A stretch of DNA of 51,397 nt from Thermoleophilia bacterium. Its GTDB lineage: Bacteria > Actinomycetota > Thermoleophilia > Gaiellales > SKUG01. How positions within the stretch are numbered: the stretch's first letter is position 1; each line of letters begins with the position of its first letter. The stretch is from contig JAOPYV010000169.1 in assembly GCA_025964435.1 (NCBI GenBank), positions 1-51,397 of the forward strand, written 5' to 3'. The position numbers and the translations under genes were made by a program. This document shows, in pieces, positions 40,151-49,282 of this stretch. Below the pieces are notes generated by a model that saw only the letters and a list, made by a program, of their open reading frames with translations, ran no database searches and was not told the DNA's origin.

Positions 40151-42370
40151 TCACGGACGCCCGACGACCGTCACCGTGACGCTCGCGCTGTAGCTGCCGG
40201 CGGGCGTGGTCGCAGAGGGGTTGAGGCGCCAGGCGATGCGTGCGGTGTCGGCGAGCGCGACGCCGGCGGTCTGGTGCAGGAGCGTGGTGGTGGACTGCTT
40301 GAGGCCCGCGTAGCGGTTGTTGGTGAAGTCGCCGAGCGGCCAGCCGGTCGTCGTCGCCGTGCCCCACTTGGCGAGGCGCGAGTCGACGATGCCAGTCGTG
40401 TCGAGCACGGTCAGGCCGGCCCAGCCGCTGGCGCCGCTGACTCCGCTTCCCCACACCGAGGGCACCGCGTCGGTGCCAGTCCAATCGGGCACGTTGCCGC
40501 AGGCGCAGGTCGCCCCCGCCGTGTCACTCTGGTCGGCGCCGTAGAGCCAGTAGCCCTGGGGATCGTCGCTGTCGACGGCGGCAGTGAACTCGACCACGTC
40601 GTCGGCGCCGACGGCCTGCATGCCCGCGTCGATCGTCACGTCGGTGATGTCGACCGAGATCGACGGCGCACGCGTCGTGAAGCTGCGGATCGGCGTGCTC
40701 CAGACGCCGACGTTGCCGACGCTGTCGGTCGCACGCGCTCGCCAGTAGTAGGTGGTGCTGTAGGCGAGCGGCGTCGGCGTGGTCCAGCTGGCCGGGGACC
40801 CGCTGACGATGCCGGCAGCGCTGGAACCGGTCCGGATCACGGTGCCACAGGTCACGTTGGAGCAGATCTCGAAGTCGACCAGCCCCGCGAGGCCCGGCGC
40901 GGGGTCGGTATAGGTGGCGGTCAGCAGCGGCGTGGGCGACAGGCCGGTCGCGGCGGCGAGCGGGGTGGTCGGCGCCGCAGCCGGAGCGCCCGAATCGACG
41001 CTCAGGTCCGGGGCACTTCCCGTGTTGTCGACCGGCGTGCCGCGGGCGAGCCACGGCCCGGGGAAGCCGTAGGAGTCGACCGCGCAGGCGCGCCATGAGT
41101 AGTCGGTGTTGGTCGTCAGGCCAGTGACGGTGGCTGCCGCGTTGACCCCGGTGCCCGCCGTCGGGGCTGCCACGCCGGTGCCCGCCCAGACCGACCCCGC
41201 CTGGGTGATGCCACAGGTCGCGGCGAAGCCGCTTCCGGTCGTGCGCACCTCGACCCACGGCGTCAGCGTCTCGCTCCCCTGCGGGTCCGCGAACCGGGCG
41301 CGCAGCACGAGGTTGGCGACGGCCCCGAAGCGTGTCCACGCGCCGCCGACGATCGCGGTCGACGCATCGGATTCGAGCTGGGCTGCCAACGTCGGTAACG
41401 ATGGCGCCAGCGGATCGGCATACGCCACCCGGGTCGTCATCGGATCGGATCCGTACGCCACCCACATCCGCGTGCCGGTCCACTCCATGACCGCGTAGCC
41501 GAAGACCGTCTGTCCCGTCAGCAGCTCCGGTGTCGTGTAGCGGTAGTCGCTGCCGTCCCACCACCCGAGGCTCGCGCCGACCGCCGAATCACGTGCGAGA
41601 TAGAGCCGTCCATCGATGAAGGTGATCGAGGGCAGCAGGCTGTAGGCACCATCGCCGACGACCTCGGTCGAGTGCGCGGTCCACGCGCCCGCCACCAGCC
41701 GCGAGACTCGTGCCTGCCCGCCGGTCGAGCTCCAGGCGACGTAGAGCTCGGTTCCATCCCAAGCGAGGTTCGGATAGGTGTTGCCGGTGCCGCCGCCGGG
41801 CGTGCCCTGCGCGACCCACGCGCTGCCGTTCCATCGAGCGACCGTGGCGTTGCGGCTGGCGTCCTGCCGCGCGGCGTACAGCGCGCCGTTGGCCCAGAGC
41901 AGGTCGGGCGTCGAGAAGAGCGCGGAGGTGGCGCCGTACGCCGCGATCGTCGTCCAGCCCGCGCCGTTGTAGTACGCGACCCGCATCTGGTTGCTGTCGT
42001 CATTCCAAGCGACCCAGGCCTTGGTGCCATCCCACGTGATCGAGGGCATCTTGTGCATGGTCCCGCTGGCCACCGGCGCGGCGTAGGCGGTCCACACGCT
42101 GCCGTTCCAGCGCTTCACCGAGACGCCGTGCGTCTCGGTCGCCCACGTGACCCAGAGGCCCGTGCCGTCCCACGCGATGTCCTGGGCCGGGGCGACGGCC
42201 GAGTTGGCGGTGCCGGGGTTGGTGATCGGCGTCCAGGCCGCAGCGCCGACAAGATCGGGCTGCAGCAGGAGGCCGACGACCAGCGCGAGGCAGGCGATCA
42301 GCGTGCGAGCGGTCGCCGCGCGCCTGAGACGCGCGCGACACCCAACACCTGAAATGACCGAGTCCTGCAC
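40151..42370 (-). CDS. Secreted/surface protein: Trp-rich beta-propeller + FN3-like domains + WxL-like C-terminus
   Basis: Signal peptide; about six WDGTxxWVAW-type blades; YSWRACAVD and YYWRARATD FN3-type motifs. Confidence 0.8.
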   Translation of the reverse strand: MQDSVISGVGCRARLRRAATARTLIACLALVVGLLLQPDLVGAAAWTPITNPGTANSAVAPAQDIAWDGTGLWVTWATETHGVSVKRWNGSVWTAYAAPVASGTMHKMPSITWDGTKAWVAWNDDSNQMRVAYYNGAGWTTIAAYGATSALFSTPDLLWANGALYAARQDASRNATVARWNGSAWVAQGTPGGGTGNTYPNLAWDGTELYVAWSSTGGQARVSRLVAGAWTAHSTEVVGDGAYSLLPSITFIDGRLYLARDSAVGASLGWWDGSDYRYTTPELLTGQTVFGYAVMEWTGTRMWVAYGSDPMTTRVAYADPLAPSLPTLAAQLESDASTAIVGGAWTRFGAVANLVLRARFADPQGSETLTPWVEVRTTGSGFAATCGITQAGSVWAGTGVAAPTAGTGVNAAATVTGLTTNTDYSWRACAVDSYGFPGPWLARGTPVDNTGSAPDLSVDSGAPAAAPTTPLAAATGLSPTPLLTATYTDPAPGLAGLVDFEICSNVTCGTVIRTGSSAAGIVSGSPASWTTPTPLAYSTTYYWRARATDSVGNVGVWSTPIRSFTTRAPSISVDITDVTIDAGMQAVGADDVVEFTAAVDSDDPQGYWLYGADQSDTAGATCACGNVPDWTGTDAVPSVWGSGVSGASGWAGLTVLDTTGIVDSRLAKWGTATTTGWPLGDFTNNRYAGLKQSTTTLLHQTAGVALADTARIAWRLNPSATTPAGSYSASVTVTVVGRP

Positions 42371-42460
42371 CTAGCAGTCATCGGATGCCGGGCCACAACT
42401 TCGATCACAGGCGCGAAGTGATTGAGGATGGTAGCGATTAGCTACCGAAGGTGAACGGCC

Positions 42461-43306
42461 TCAGGCAGCGACGGCGTCGCTCCACCAGCTGGCCGCCTGC
42501 CTGCCTGTGATGTGGCTGACCGGCGCGAGCGGCTTCGCAGCGTCGCGCAGCCGCATCGCCACGTCGGGCGTATCGGTGATGATCCGGTCGATCCGCGAAT
42601 CCGCAAGGAAGCGGCGCAGGTCGTTCTGCTTGTCGACGGTCCAGACGGCGATGTCGAGGCCGGCGGCCGCGACGACGCTGATCCGGTCCTCGGTCGCTAT
42701 GTGCCAGTCGATGCCGACGAAGTCGGCGCCCACGCGACGGGCCTTGGAGACGATCGATGCGCCGGTGATCGGCCACGTGCCATTCTCCCAGTCGGGCATC
42801 AGCCCGATCAGGAGTCCGACACGGGCGTCGGGCGCCAGCTCACGCAGCGCACGCACGGAGTCGAGGTCGAATCCCATCAGCTCGTACTGGCCGGGCTGGA
42901 GCCGCGTGCGCAGCATCGCCACGATCTCCTGCTCGTAGCCATACTCCTTGGTCTCGACGAGCAGCTTGGTCGTGGCGCCCGTGCCCGCCGTCAGCGCGAC
43001 GAGGTCCTGGAAGGTGCTGAGTCGCTGGCCGTTCGGCAGCAGCGGCAGGTCGGCGAAACGCGTGTCGGAGATGCGGCGACCGTTGATCGTCGCATCGTGG
43101 TGGAGGACGAGGATCCCGTCGGCCGTGCGACGGATGTCAGTCTCCATGAGGTCGGCGCCCAACGCGATCGCGCGCTGGTAGGCATCGATCGTGTTCTCGT
43201 AGGGCGCCGTACGGTCGTGATAGCCGCGGTGGGCGACGATCTGCGTGGCGGACTTCGTTGGTGACTGCGTGGCTGCGGGGAGCAGGCGAGGAGCGGCGAT
43301 GAGCAT
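42461..43306 (-). CDS. Glycerophosphodiester phosphodiesterase
   Basis: AHRG, ENT, ETDIRRTADG...HHD, VETK, WTVD, IITDTP; ATG at 43306 after GGGGAG. Confidence 0.9.
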   Translation of the reverse strand: MLIAAPRLLPAATQSPTKSATQIVAHRGYHDRTAPYENTIDAYQRAIALGADLMETDIRRTADGILVLHHDATINGRRISDTRFADLPLLPNGQRLSTFQDLVALTAGTGATTKLLVETKEYGYEQEIVAMLRTRLQPGQYELMGFDLDSVRALRELAPDARVGLLIGLMPDWENGTWPITGASIVSKARRVGADFVGIDWHIATEDRISVVAAAGLDIAVWTVDKQNDLRRFLADSRIDRIITDTPDVAMRLRDAAKPLAPVSHITGRQAASWWSDAVAA

Positions 43307-43591
43307 GCGCTCCCCGTCGACATCCACCGATTCGAACTTGAAACCTCCCGAGCCGTGAACCAAGCACAGGCTCCGTCGCGCAACGGGAATCCTTCGCGCG
43401 CATCGGGGTGATGCAATTCGTGCGCCCGTTCTGGCCTGCGTCAGTTCACTTGCCAATTGACCTGCAGGCGCTTTCGTCGTTGACTGGTTGAGCAGCCCAC
43501 ACGGCCGCCCATCTCCACTCCAGCATCGCACCGACCCCGGCACTTGCCGACCACGGGCTTCGGGACGAGCCCCTTGGACGGAGGAATTTTC

Positions 43592-44722
43592 ATGGGCGTA
43601 GGCAGCATTGGACATGGTCATCAGGCACGCGTGCAGCGCTCACAGGGCGCAGGCGGCGGCGGTGGCGACGAGACCGCGAAGGCCGGCAAGGCCGAGGGCG
43701 GTGGCGGCAAGGCCGACAAGGGCGCAGCAGCCCAGGGCGCCGAAGGCGTCGAGGAGCTCGGCGGCAAGGGCGGCGCCGAAGGCGGCGGCAAGGCTGGCAA
43801 GGGTGGCGACGAGGCCATCGATGGTGGTGGCGGCGAGAAGTGCGCCAAGGGTGGCGGCGCTGACGAAGCCGGCGAGGCCGAAGCAGAAGAAGCTGGCAAG
43901 GGTGGCGGCGCAGGCAAGGCCGACAAGGGCGGCAAGGCCGAGGATGCCGACGAGGCCGAAGACGAAGATGCAGGCGACGACGACGATGCGGCCGGTGGCG
44001 GCGGCGCCATCGCTGGCGGTGGAGCTGGCGCTGGTGGCTGCGGCATGAAGAACGCCGCGACGGCCGTTGGCCAGCTGGGCGCCGCCCCTGCGATCATGAC
44101 GGGTGCGGCGATGGCCGATCCGTCGACCGCGACGATGCTCGCCGGCGCGATGGCAGCGCCACAGCCTGCGGCAGCGGCAGCCGCTCCTGCGGCACCGACC
44201 GCAGCCGCGACCGGCTCGGGCGCCAAGCTCGTCGGTCAGGCCGCGCAGCAGTTCCAGGGCTCGACGATTGCCCAGCAGGTGCTCACGTCGCTCGACGCAG
44301 CTGGCGCCAAGGTCGAGCTCGTCGCGGACGCCGAGTTCGCCAGCGCGTACGGCGCAACGACCGCCGGCGTGTTCAACCCCAAGACCGACACGATCTCGAT
44401 CTCGCAGAGCACTGCGAAGGATCCGAACCTGATGAAGCTGGTGATGGTGCACGAAGGCGCACACTGGCTCCAGGACAACGTCGAGGGCGGGCTTGCGGCA
44501 TTGGGCGGATCCGTCAGCCAGGCGCTGCAGAGCGCCAACGCCGTGCAGCCCGGCACCGCCAATACCAGCCACCACCTCGAGGCACAGGCATACCTCGTCG
44601 AGGCGCTGGCCGCCAACGAGGCCGGCGTCAAGGCATCGGGTATCGGCGGCGCAGCCAACGGAGCTGCCAACAGCTACGCCCAGATCCTCGGCGAGATCCA
44701 GAAGACCCCGGAGTACGCATGA
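43592..44722 (+). CDS. Low-complexity N-terminus plus C-terminal HExxH zinc-metallopeptidase-like domain
   Basis: GGAGGA RBS; VHEGAHWLQ and a downstream EAQAY (gluzincin pattern). Confidence 0.75.
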   Translation: MGVGSIGHGHQARVQRSQGAGGGGGDETAKAGKAEGGGGKADKGAAAQGAEGVEELGGKGGAEGGGKAGKGGDEAIDGGGGEKCAKGGGADEAGEAEAEEAGKGGGAGKADKGGKAEDADEAEDEDAGDDDDAAGGGGAIAGGGAGAGGCGMKNAATAVGQLGAAPAIMTGAAMADPSTATMLAGAMAAPQPAAAAAAPAAPTAAATGSGAKLVGQAAQQFQGSTIAQQVLTSLDAAGAKVELVADAEFASAYGATTAGVFNPKTDTISISQSTAKDPNLMKLVMVHEGAHWLQDNVEGGLAALGGSVSQALQSANAVQPGTANTSHHLEAQAYLVEALAANEAGVKASGIGGAANGAANSYAQILGEIQKTPEYA

Positions 44723-44723
44723 C

Positions 44724-45563
44724 CTACGGCACGTACTCCAGCTCGAAGGTGCGACCGTCATCGCGCGTCATGAGCGCGGCGACGCCGCCGTACTCGGAGC
44801 GACCGATCGCATCCTCGACGCCCTGCGGCGTGTCGATGTCCCAGACCAGGTCGTGATGCAGCTCCGGACCCATGTAGCCGGAGTGACCGACGATCTGCGG
44901 CAGCGACCGTGCACCCTGCCCGTACTCGGCGACGAGGTGCTCGATGCGCAGCCACATGATGCCGCCATCGACCATCGAACGTGAGTCGAGGATCGGCGAC
45001 GCGCGACGTGTCGTCAGGCACTCGGCGAAGTGCGCGTTGAGGTAGTCCGCGATCTCGTGTGCAGGCTTGCCCGCCAGCCCGTGTTCAGCCTCATGGACGA
45101 CTGACAACCCGGCATGGGTGACGAGCCACTCGCCGACCGCGTGTGCGACCTGGTAGCGGCCCGACGCGAACGCGTCGCGCACGAGCTGGTCCGCCTCGCG
45201 GTCGCGGCCGATGTCAGTCTCCAGCCGCGCGCGACGCTCGGGATCCGCCACTTCGTCGCGATCGTGGTAGCCCAGGAACATCACCGCGTCAGGGTCCCAC
45301 CAGACCGCCGGCAGCTCGTGGTTGCCCAGCAGCGCATGGTCGACGCCGACGATGTCGAAGTACCACCGGTAGAACTCCGCCTCCACCTCGGCGTAGCCGA
45401 GCGAGACCGAGTCGCCGAGCTGGACGTGGACGAATCCGGGGTTGCGCACGTCCTGCATCGGGTCGTCGGTGGGGCACTCGATCATGCCGATGCGCTGGTA
45501 CAGCTCGCGCGCCTTGTCGAGGCGGGCGTGGACGTCTCCGGAGATCACGGTGGTGGTCTGCAT
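44724..45563 (-). CDS. Calcineurin-like metallophosphoesterase
   Basis: GDVH, LGDSV, GNHE, THAG, VGHS motifs. Confidence 0.85.
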   Translation of the reverse strand: MQTTTVISGDVHARLDKARELYQRIGMIECPTDDPMQDVRNPGFVHVQLGDSVSLGYAEVEAEFYRWYFDIVGVDHALLGNHELPAVWWDPDAVMFLGYHDRDEVADPERRARLETDIGRDREADQLVRDAFASGRYQVAHAVGEWLVTHAGLSVVHEAEHGLAGKPAHEIADYLNAHFAECLTTRRASPILDSRSMVDGGIMWLRIEHLVAEYGQGARSLPQIVGHSGYMGPELHHDLVWDIDTPQGVEDAIGRSEYGGVAALMTRDDGRTFELEYVP

Positions 45564-45621
45564 CGTGCAACCGTACACGTTGGATCGTGTCGGCTCAGCT
45601 GCCGACGGGTAGCCGTCATCC

Positions 45622-46182
45622 ATGACGCGCCTGCACAAGATCCATACCGGCCTGGAACTCGACCATCCCCACGTGCACGGGGACACCTGGTCCTGGAACA
45701 CGACGACGAGCGGGCAGGATCGGCTGGTGATCGCGCCGAGCGGTCGCCACATCGCGCTGATGCAGCGCCTCGCCGAGGTGCTCGAGCCGCCGTTCTTCCT
45801 GCTGTTCGTGCTCAGCGTGCCACGCGGCGACGATGCCGCAGGTCGCTACCAGAGCCCGCCGCTGGAACGCGACGTGGCGCATGCGATCCTCGACCGCTTC
45901 AGCGACTTCTTCGAGCAGGACGCGCGCCACAACATCTGGCTGGCATCGGCCGACGGCAGCTCGATGCTCGTCTACGACGAGCACGACGTGATCTACGCGT
46001 ACGGCCCCTTCAACGAGATGATCGACATCCTCGAGGCCGAGGGGCTGCGCGAAGGCCCGCACACGATCCCCGATCCGCACGGGCATCCGTTCCACCCCGA
46101 GTTCGACGACGCGCAGCATCAGCTCGTCAGCGTCGAGGAGTTCTGGCACGTCACGCCGCTGCAGCCGCAGGACGAACGCTGA
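45622..46182 (+). CDS. Hypothetical protein
   Basis: Globular-looking 186-aa ORF with GC3 bias (RYQSP, DARH, LVYDEHDVIYAYGP). Confidence 0.75.
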   Translation: MTRLHKIHTGLELDHPHVHGDTWSWNTTTSGQDRLVIAPSGRHIALMQRLAEVLEPPFFLLFVLSVPRGDDAAGRYQSPPLERDVAHAILDRFSDFFEQDARHNIWLASADGSSMLVYDEHDVIYAYGPFNEMIDILEAEGLREGPHTIPDPHGHPFHPEFDDAQHQLVSVEEFWHVTPLQPQDER

Positions 46183-46199
46183 CGATCAGCGTGCGCGGC

Positions 46200-46670
46200 T
46201 CAGGCAGCCGGCGGTGCGTGGTGCGCGTCGCGGCCCCAGATGCGGGTAGCGCCGTCGACGATCAGCTCCAGTCCGGCATGGCGGACCCATGCGAAGTGGG
46301 CGTCGGCGTTGCCCTCGAAGCGGAGCAGCTGTGCACCGCGTGCAGCAGGAGCTGCGGCATCGGGACCATCGTGCGGTCCCTTTGCGGCGATCGCCTCGAG
46401 CGATCGCACGAAGAAGCGGCTGCCCTGGCGGAAGACGCCAGCGGCGGGGCTCGCCTCGCCGGCGCTCAGCGCGTAGGCGGCACGGCGCGCGTTGGCCAGC
46501 GAGTCGTAGCCCTGCGGGCGACCGTAGCCGGTCAGCGAATCACGCAGCTCGAAGAAGCCAACGCCGTGCAGGTCGAGCAGGCCGATCTCGCGCGTGGGGG
46601 CGCGGAAGCTCGGCGCACTGGCCGGTGCTGCGGGGGCGACGGTGGTGGAAGCAACTGGGGAGATGAACAT
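46200..46670 (-). CDS. Hypothetical protein with Ser/Thr/Pro/Ala-rich N-terminus
   Basis: Fills the gap; TAGGAT 7 nt before the ATG. Confidence 0.65.
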   Translation of the reverse strand: MFISPVASTTVAPAAPASAPSFRAPTREIGLLDLHGVGFFELRDSLTGYGRPQGYDSLANARRAAYALSAGEASPAAGVFRQGSRFFVRSLEAIAAKGPHDGPDAAAPAARGAQLLRFEGNADAHFAWVRHAGLELIVDGATRIWGRDAHHAPPAA

Positions 46671-46724
46671 GTGCCGGATCCTACAATCGGCGATCCGGGC
46701 GCTGCTGCAGTCGCCGGGCCCGCC

Positions 46725-47030
46725 TCAGTGGAGGCCGACGCCCCCGACGGTGTCGAGCTGGGTCGCTTCGCCGGATTCGATCATCGGCATGGCGCGGTCG
46801 ATCAGCGCCTTGACGCCCGGCAGCTGCGCCGACGCGGTATGGAACGACTGGTCGGCCCAGACCTCGCTCACCCAGACGTCGCGTCGGTTGTCGCGCTCGC
46901 GGTGGATGACGTAGATCTCGCATCCCTCGGCGGAGCGCAGCAGGTCAGCCGTCTCCATGAGGACGAGGATGAGCTGTTCGCGATGACCTTCCTTGGCCGT
47001 GAGCTTGCCATGCATTCCGAATCGAGCCAT
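46725..47030 (-). CDS. Antibiotic biosynthesis monooxygenase (ABM)-family protein
   Basis: GKLTAKEG.R..L, GCEIY, VWVSEVW...H.AS. Confidence 0.85.
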   Translation of the reverse strand: MARFGMHGKLTAKEGHREQLILVLMETADLLRSAEGCEIYVIHRERDNRRDVWVSEVWADQSFHTASAQLPGVKALIDRAMPMIESGEATQLDTVGGVGLH

Positions 47031-47114
47031 GCCCATCCTTTCCCGTGCGAGGTGTGCGGACAGATTACCGAGCGCGGCCCTCGCCGTGCGTCTCCCGGAA
47101 TCGCATGCTACAGT

Positions 47115-47132
47115 TAGTTGCGAGCGCAATCA
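47115..47132. promoter_or_regulatory. Palindromic operator next to a -10 box, MarR-type candidate
   Basis: TAGTTGCG-AG-CGCAATCA directly after TACAGT (47109-14), between divergent genes. Confidence 0.5.
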
Positions 47133-47151
47133 TTTTCGGAATGGAGCCAGC

Positions 47152-48048
47152 ATGGAGACCTCGACCACCGCCACGACCAGCACCACCACCGGCCACCTGC
47201 TGCCGAGCGGAACCACGCTCGGCGCGACGCGCCTGGTCGTCACCAACCTCGAGCGATCGATCGAGTGGTACCGGCGCACGATCGGCCTCGCCGCGGTGGC
47301 GCGCGACGGCAACGTCGCCCAGCTCGCCGCGCAGGACGGGCGGGTCGTGATCGAGCTCGAGGAGCACCCCGACGCGCGACCGGCAGGTCGCCACTCCGGG
47401 CTCTACCACGTCGCCCTGCTCTACCCAACGCGCGTGGAGCTCTCCCACCAGCTGCGACGGATCGCCGCGGCCGGCGCCCCCGTCCAGGGCCTCTCCGACC
47501 ATCACACCCACGAGGCGATCTACCTGCCCGACCCGGACGGCAACGGCCTCGAGCTCGCCGCCGATCGCCCGCGCGACCAGTGGCCGCCCAACGACACCGA
47601 CCCCTTCAAGCTCGGCATCGCGCCGATCGACGTCGACAGCCTGCTGGCGGAGACCGACACCGGCACCGACACCCCCGAGCTCGCCAACGGCGTCGTGACC
47701 GGTCACCTGCACCTGCACGTGGGCAACATCGACGAGGCGGTCGCCTTCTGGCGCGACGTGGTCGGCTTCGAGCCCCAGGTGCTGCTGGACGTGGCGGGCT
47801 TCGTCTCCGTCGACGGCTATCACCACCACCTCGCGTTCAACACGTGGAAGGGCGAGGGCGCAGCGCCCGTCCCGGAGAACGTGACCGGCATGGCGCACTG
47901 GACGCTCCTGCTGCCGGACGCCGCGGGCATCGATGCCCTCGAATCGCGACTCAGCGCGGCAGGCACGCAGCATGCGCGGCGCGATGACGGCACGCTGGTG
48001 CTGCGAGATCCGTGGAACATGGAGCTCCACGTGGCAGCTCGCGACTGA
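47152..48048 (+). CDS. VOC-family two-domain glyoxalase (CatE-like)
   Basis: GLYHVALL, DHHTHEAIYLPDPDGNGLE, GHLHLHV, GYHHHLAFNTW. Confidence 0.9.
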   Translation: METSTTATTSTTTGHLLPSGTTLGATRLVVTNLERSIEWYRRTIGLAAVARDGNVAQLAAQDGRVVIELEEHPDARPAGRHSGLYHVALLYPTRVELSHQLRRIAAAGAPVQGLSDHHTHEAIYLPDPDGNGLELAADRPRDQWPPNDTDPFKLGIAPIDVDSLLAETDTGTDTPELANGVVTGHLHLHVGNIDEAVAFWRDVVGFEPQVLLDVAGFVSVDGYHHHLAFNTWKGEGAAPVPENVTGMAHWTLLLPDAAGIDALESRLSAAGTQHARRDDGTLVLRDPWNMELHVAARD

Positions 48049-48051
48049 CCG

Positions 48052-48624
48052 TCAGCCGCGCAGGCGACGCGTCCAGGCCGCGAGTGCGAGGAGCTGCTCG
48101 CGCACGAGCTCCGCGGTCGCGGGCTCGAGCTCGCCGCCGGGACCGAGCTGGGCCGCTGCCCCCGTGATCAGCACTTCCGGCTTGTTGATCGGATGCGCAT
48201 CGAGGTAGACGCACGCCTGACGCAGGTGGTACTGCATGCGCACCGTGCCGCGCATGCCGCCCGACGCGCCCATGATCGCGACGGGCTTGTCGGCGAACGG
48301 GTGGGCGGCGCCACGCGAGGCCCAGTCGATCGCATTCTTGAGCACGCCGGGAATCGAGTAGTTGTACTCGGGTGACACGAACAGGATCGCATCGGCGGCA
48401 CGCAGCTGCGAGCGCAGCAGCTGGACGCTGGCGGGCATGCCGGCTTCGCTGCGCTCGGTGATCAGGTCATCGTCGAACAGCGGCACGTCGCGGATCGGCG
48501 CCTCGGTCAGCCGCACGTCGTCCGGCGCGAGCTCCTGCGCGCGCTCGAAGAGCCGACGGTTGACGGAGTCGGCACGCAGGCTGCCCACGAGCGCAACGAC
48601 GCTGATCGTGTCGATGCCAGTCAT
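48052..48624 (-). CDS. NADPH-dependent FMN reductase (ChrR-like)
   Basis: GSLRADSVN, SPEYNYSIPGVLKNAIDWASR. Confidence 0.93.
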   Translation of the reverse strand: MTGIDTISVVALVGSLRADSVNRRLFERAQELAPDDVRLTEAPIRDVPLFDDDLITERSEAGMPASVQLLRSQLRAADAILFVSPEYNYSIPGVLKNAIDWASRGAAHPFADKPVAIMGASGGMRGTVRMQYHLRQACVYLDAHPINKPEVLITGAAAQLGPGGELEPATAELVREQLLALAAWTRRLRG

Positions 48625-48633
48625 GACTGACTG

Positions 48634-49104
48634 CTACCAGTAGCGCTGCTGGCCGATGGAGATGTGGCCGGGAGACATCTGGATACCGGGCAGCGAGAGC
48701 GAGCCGCCGGGCGCGTAGCCGACCGGGTAGATCGACTGGCCATAGCCCTGGCCGTAGCCGTAGCTGGTCGGGGCGGGGGGATACGTGGAGCCGTAGGAGC
48801 CGTATGCCGAGCCGTAGCCGTTGGCGTAGGTCGAGCCGTGCACCTGCTGCTGGTAGAGACCACCGGCGATGCCGCCGTTGTAGCCGCCGGTCTGGAACGG
48901 GTTCGTGGCGTAGCCACCGTAGTTACCGTAGTTGCCGTACACGCCCTGCTGCGCCTGCACGAGCGCCTGCTGCTGGAGCCGCAGCTGCTGGATCTGGAAG
49001 AGGCGCTGCTGCTGGATGAGCTGCGCGCGCTGGCGCTTCACGCGACGGGTGCGAATCGCACCGATCGAATCGTGCTGCGGGTAGATACGAATCCGGATGG
49101 ACAT
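48634..49104 (-). CDS. Small Q/G/Y-rich low-complexity protein
   Basis: ATG at 49104 after AGGAAGG; basic N-terminus, Gln-rich helix, GYG/SYG repeats. Confidence 0.7.
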   Translation of the reverse strand: MSIRIRIYPQHDSIGAIRTRRVKRQRAQLIQQQRLFQIQQLRLQQQALVQAQQGVYGNYGNYGGYATNPFQTGGYNGGIAGGLYQQQVHGSTYANGYGSAYGSYGSTYPPAPTSYGYGQGYGQSIYPVGYAPGGSLSLPGIQMSPGHISIGQQRYW

Positions 49105-49282
49105 CGAACTGGGCCTTCCTGGCGGGTGTACGTGCCGACAGCAGCATGCTGTCAGGCTGACTCTGTCCGGGTCGCAGTCGCACGGCTCGCCGCCAGCGCC
49201 GACGTGGCAGGGTCCGGCCGTGACCCGGGCCGCGCGCGGCCATCGGCCACATCCGCCCGGCCGGGGCCGGTACGATCCCCCG

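Noticed and set aside
39886-40179. 97-aa + ORF and 204-aa - ORF (39524..40138) in the ORF track
   Set aside because: Both run through the strong terminator, lack an RBS and show no coding-like composition; the 23-aa peptide plus sRNA explains the region better.
47118-47140. Zur/Fur box (AATCATTTTC)
   Set aside because: Only a half-site matches; better explained by the TTGCG-N2-CGCAA palindrome.
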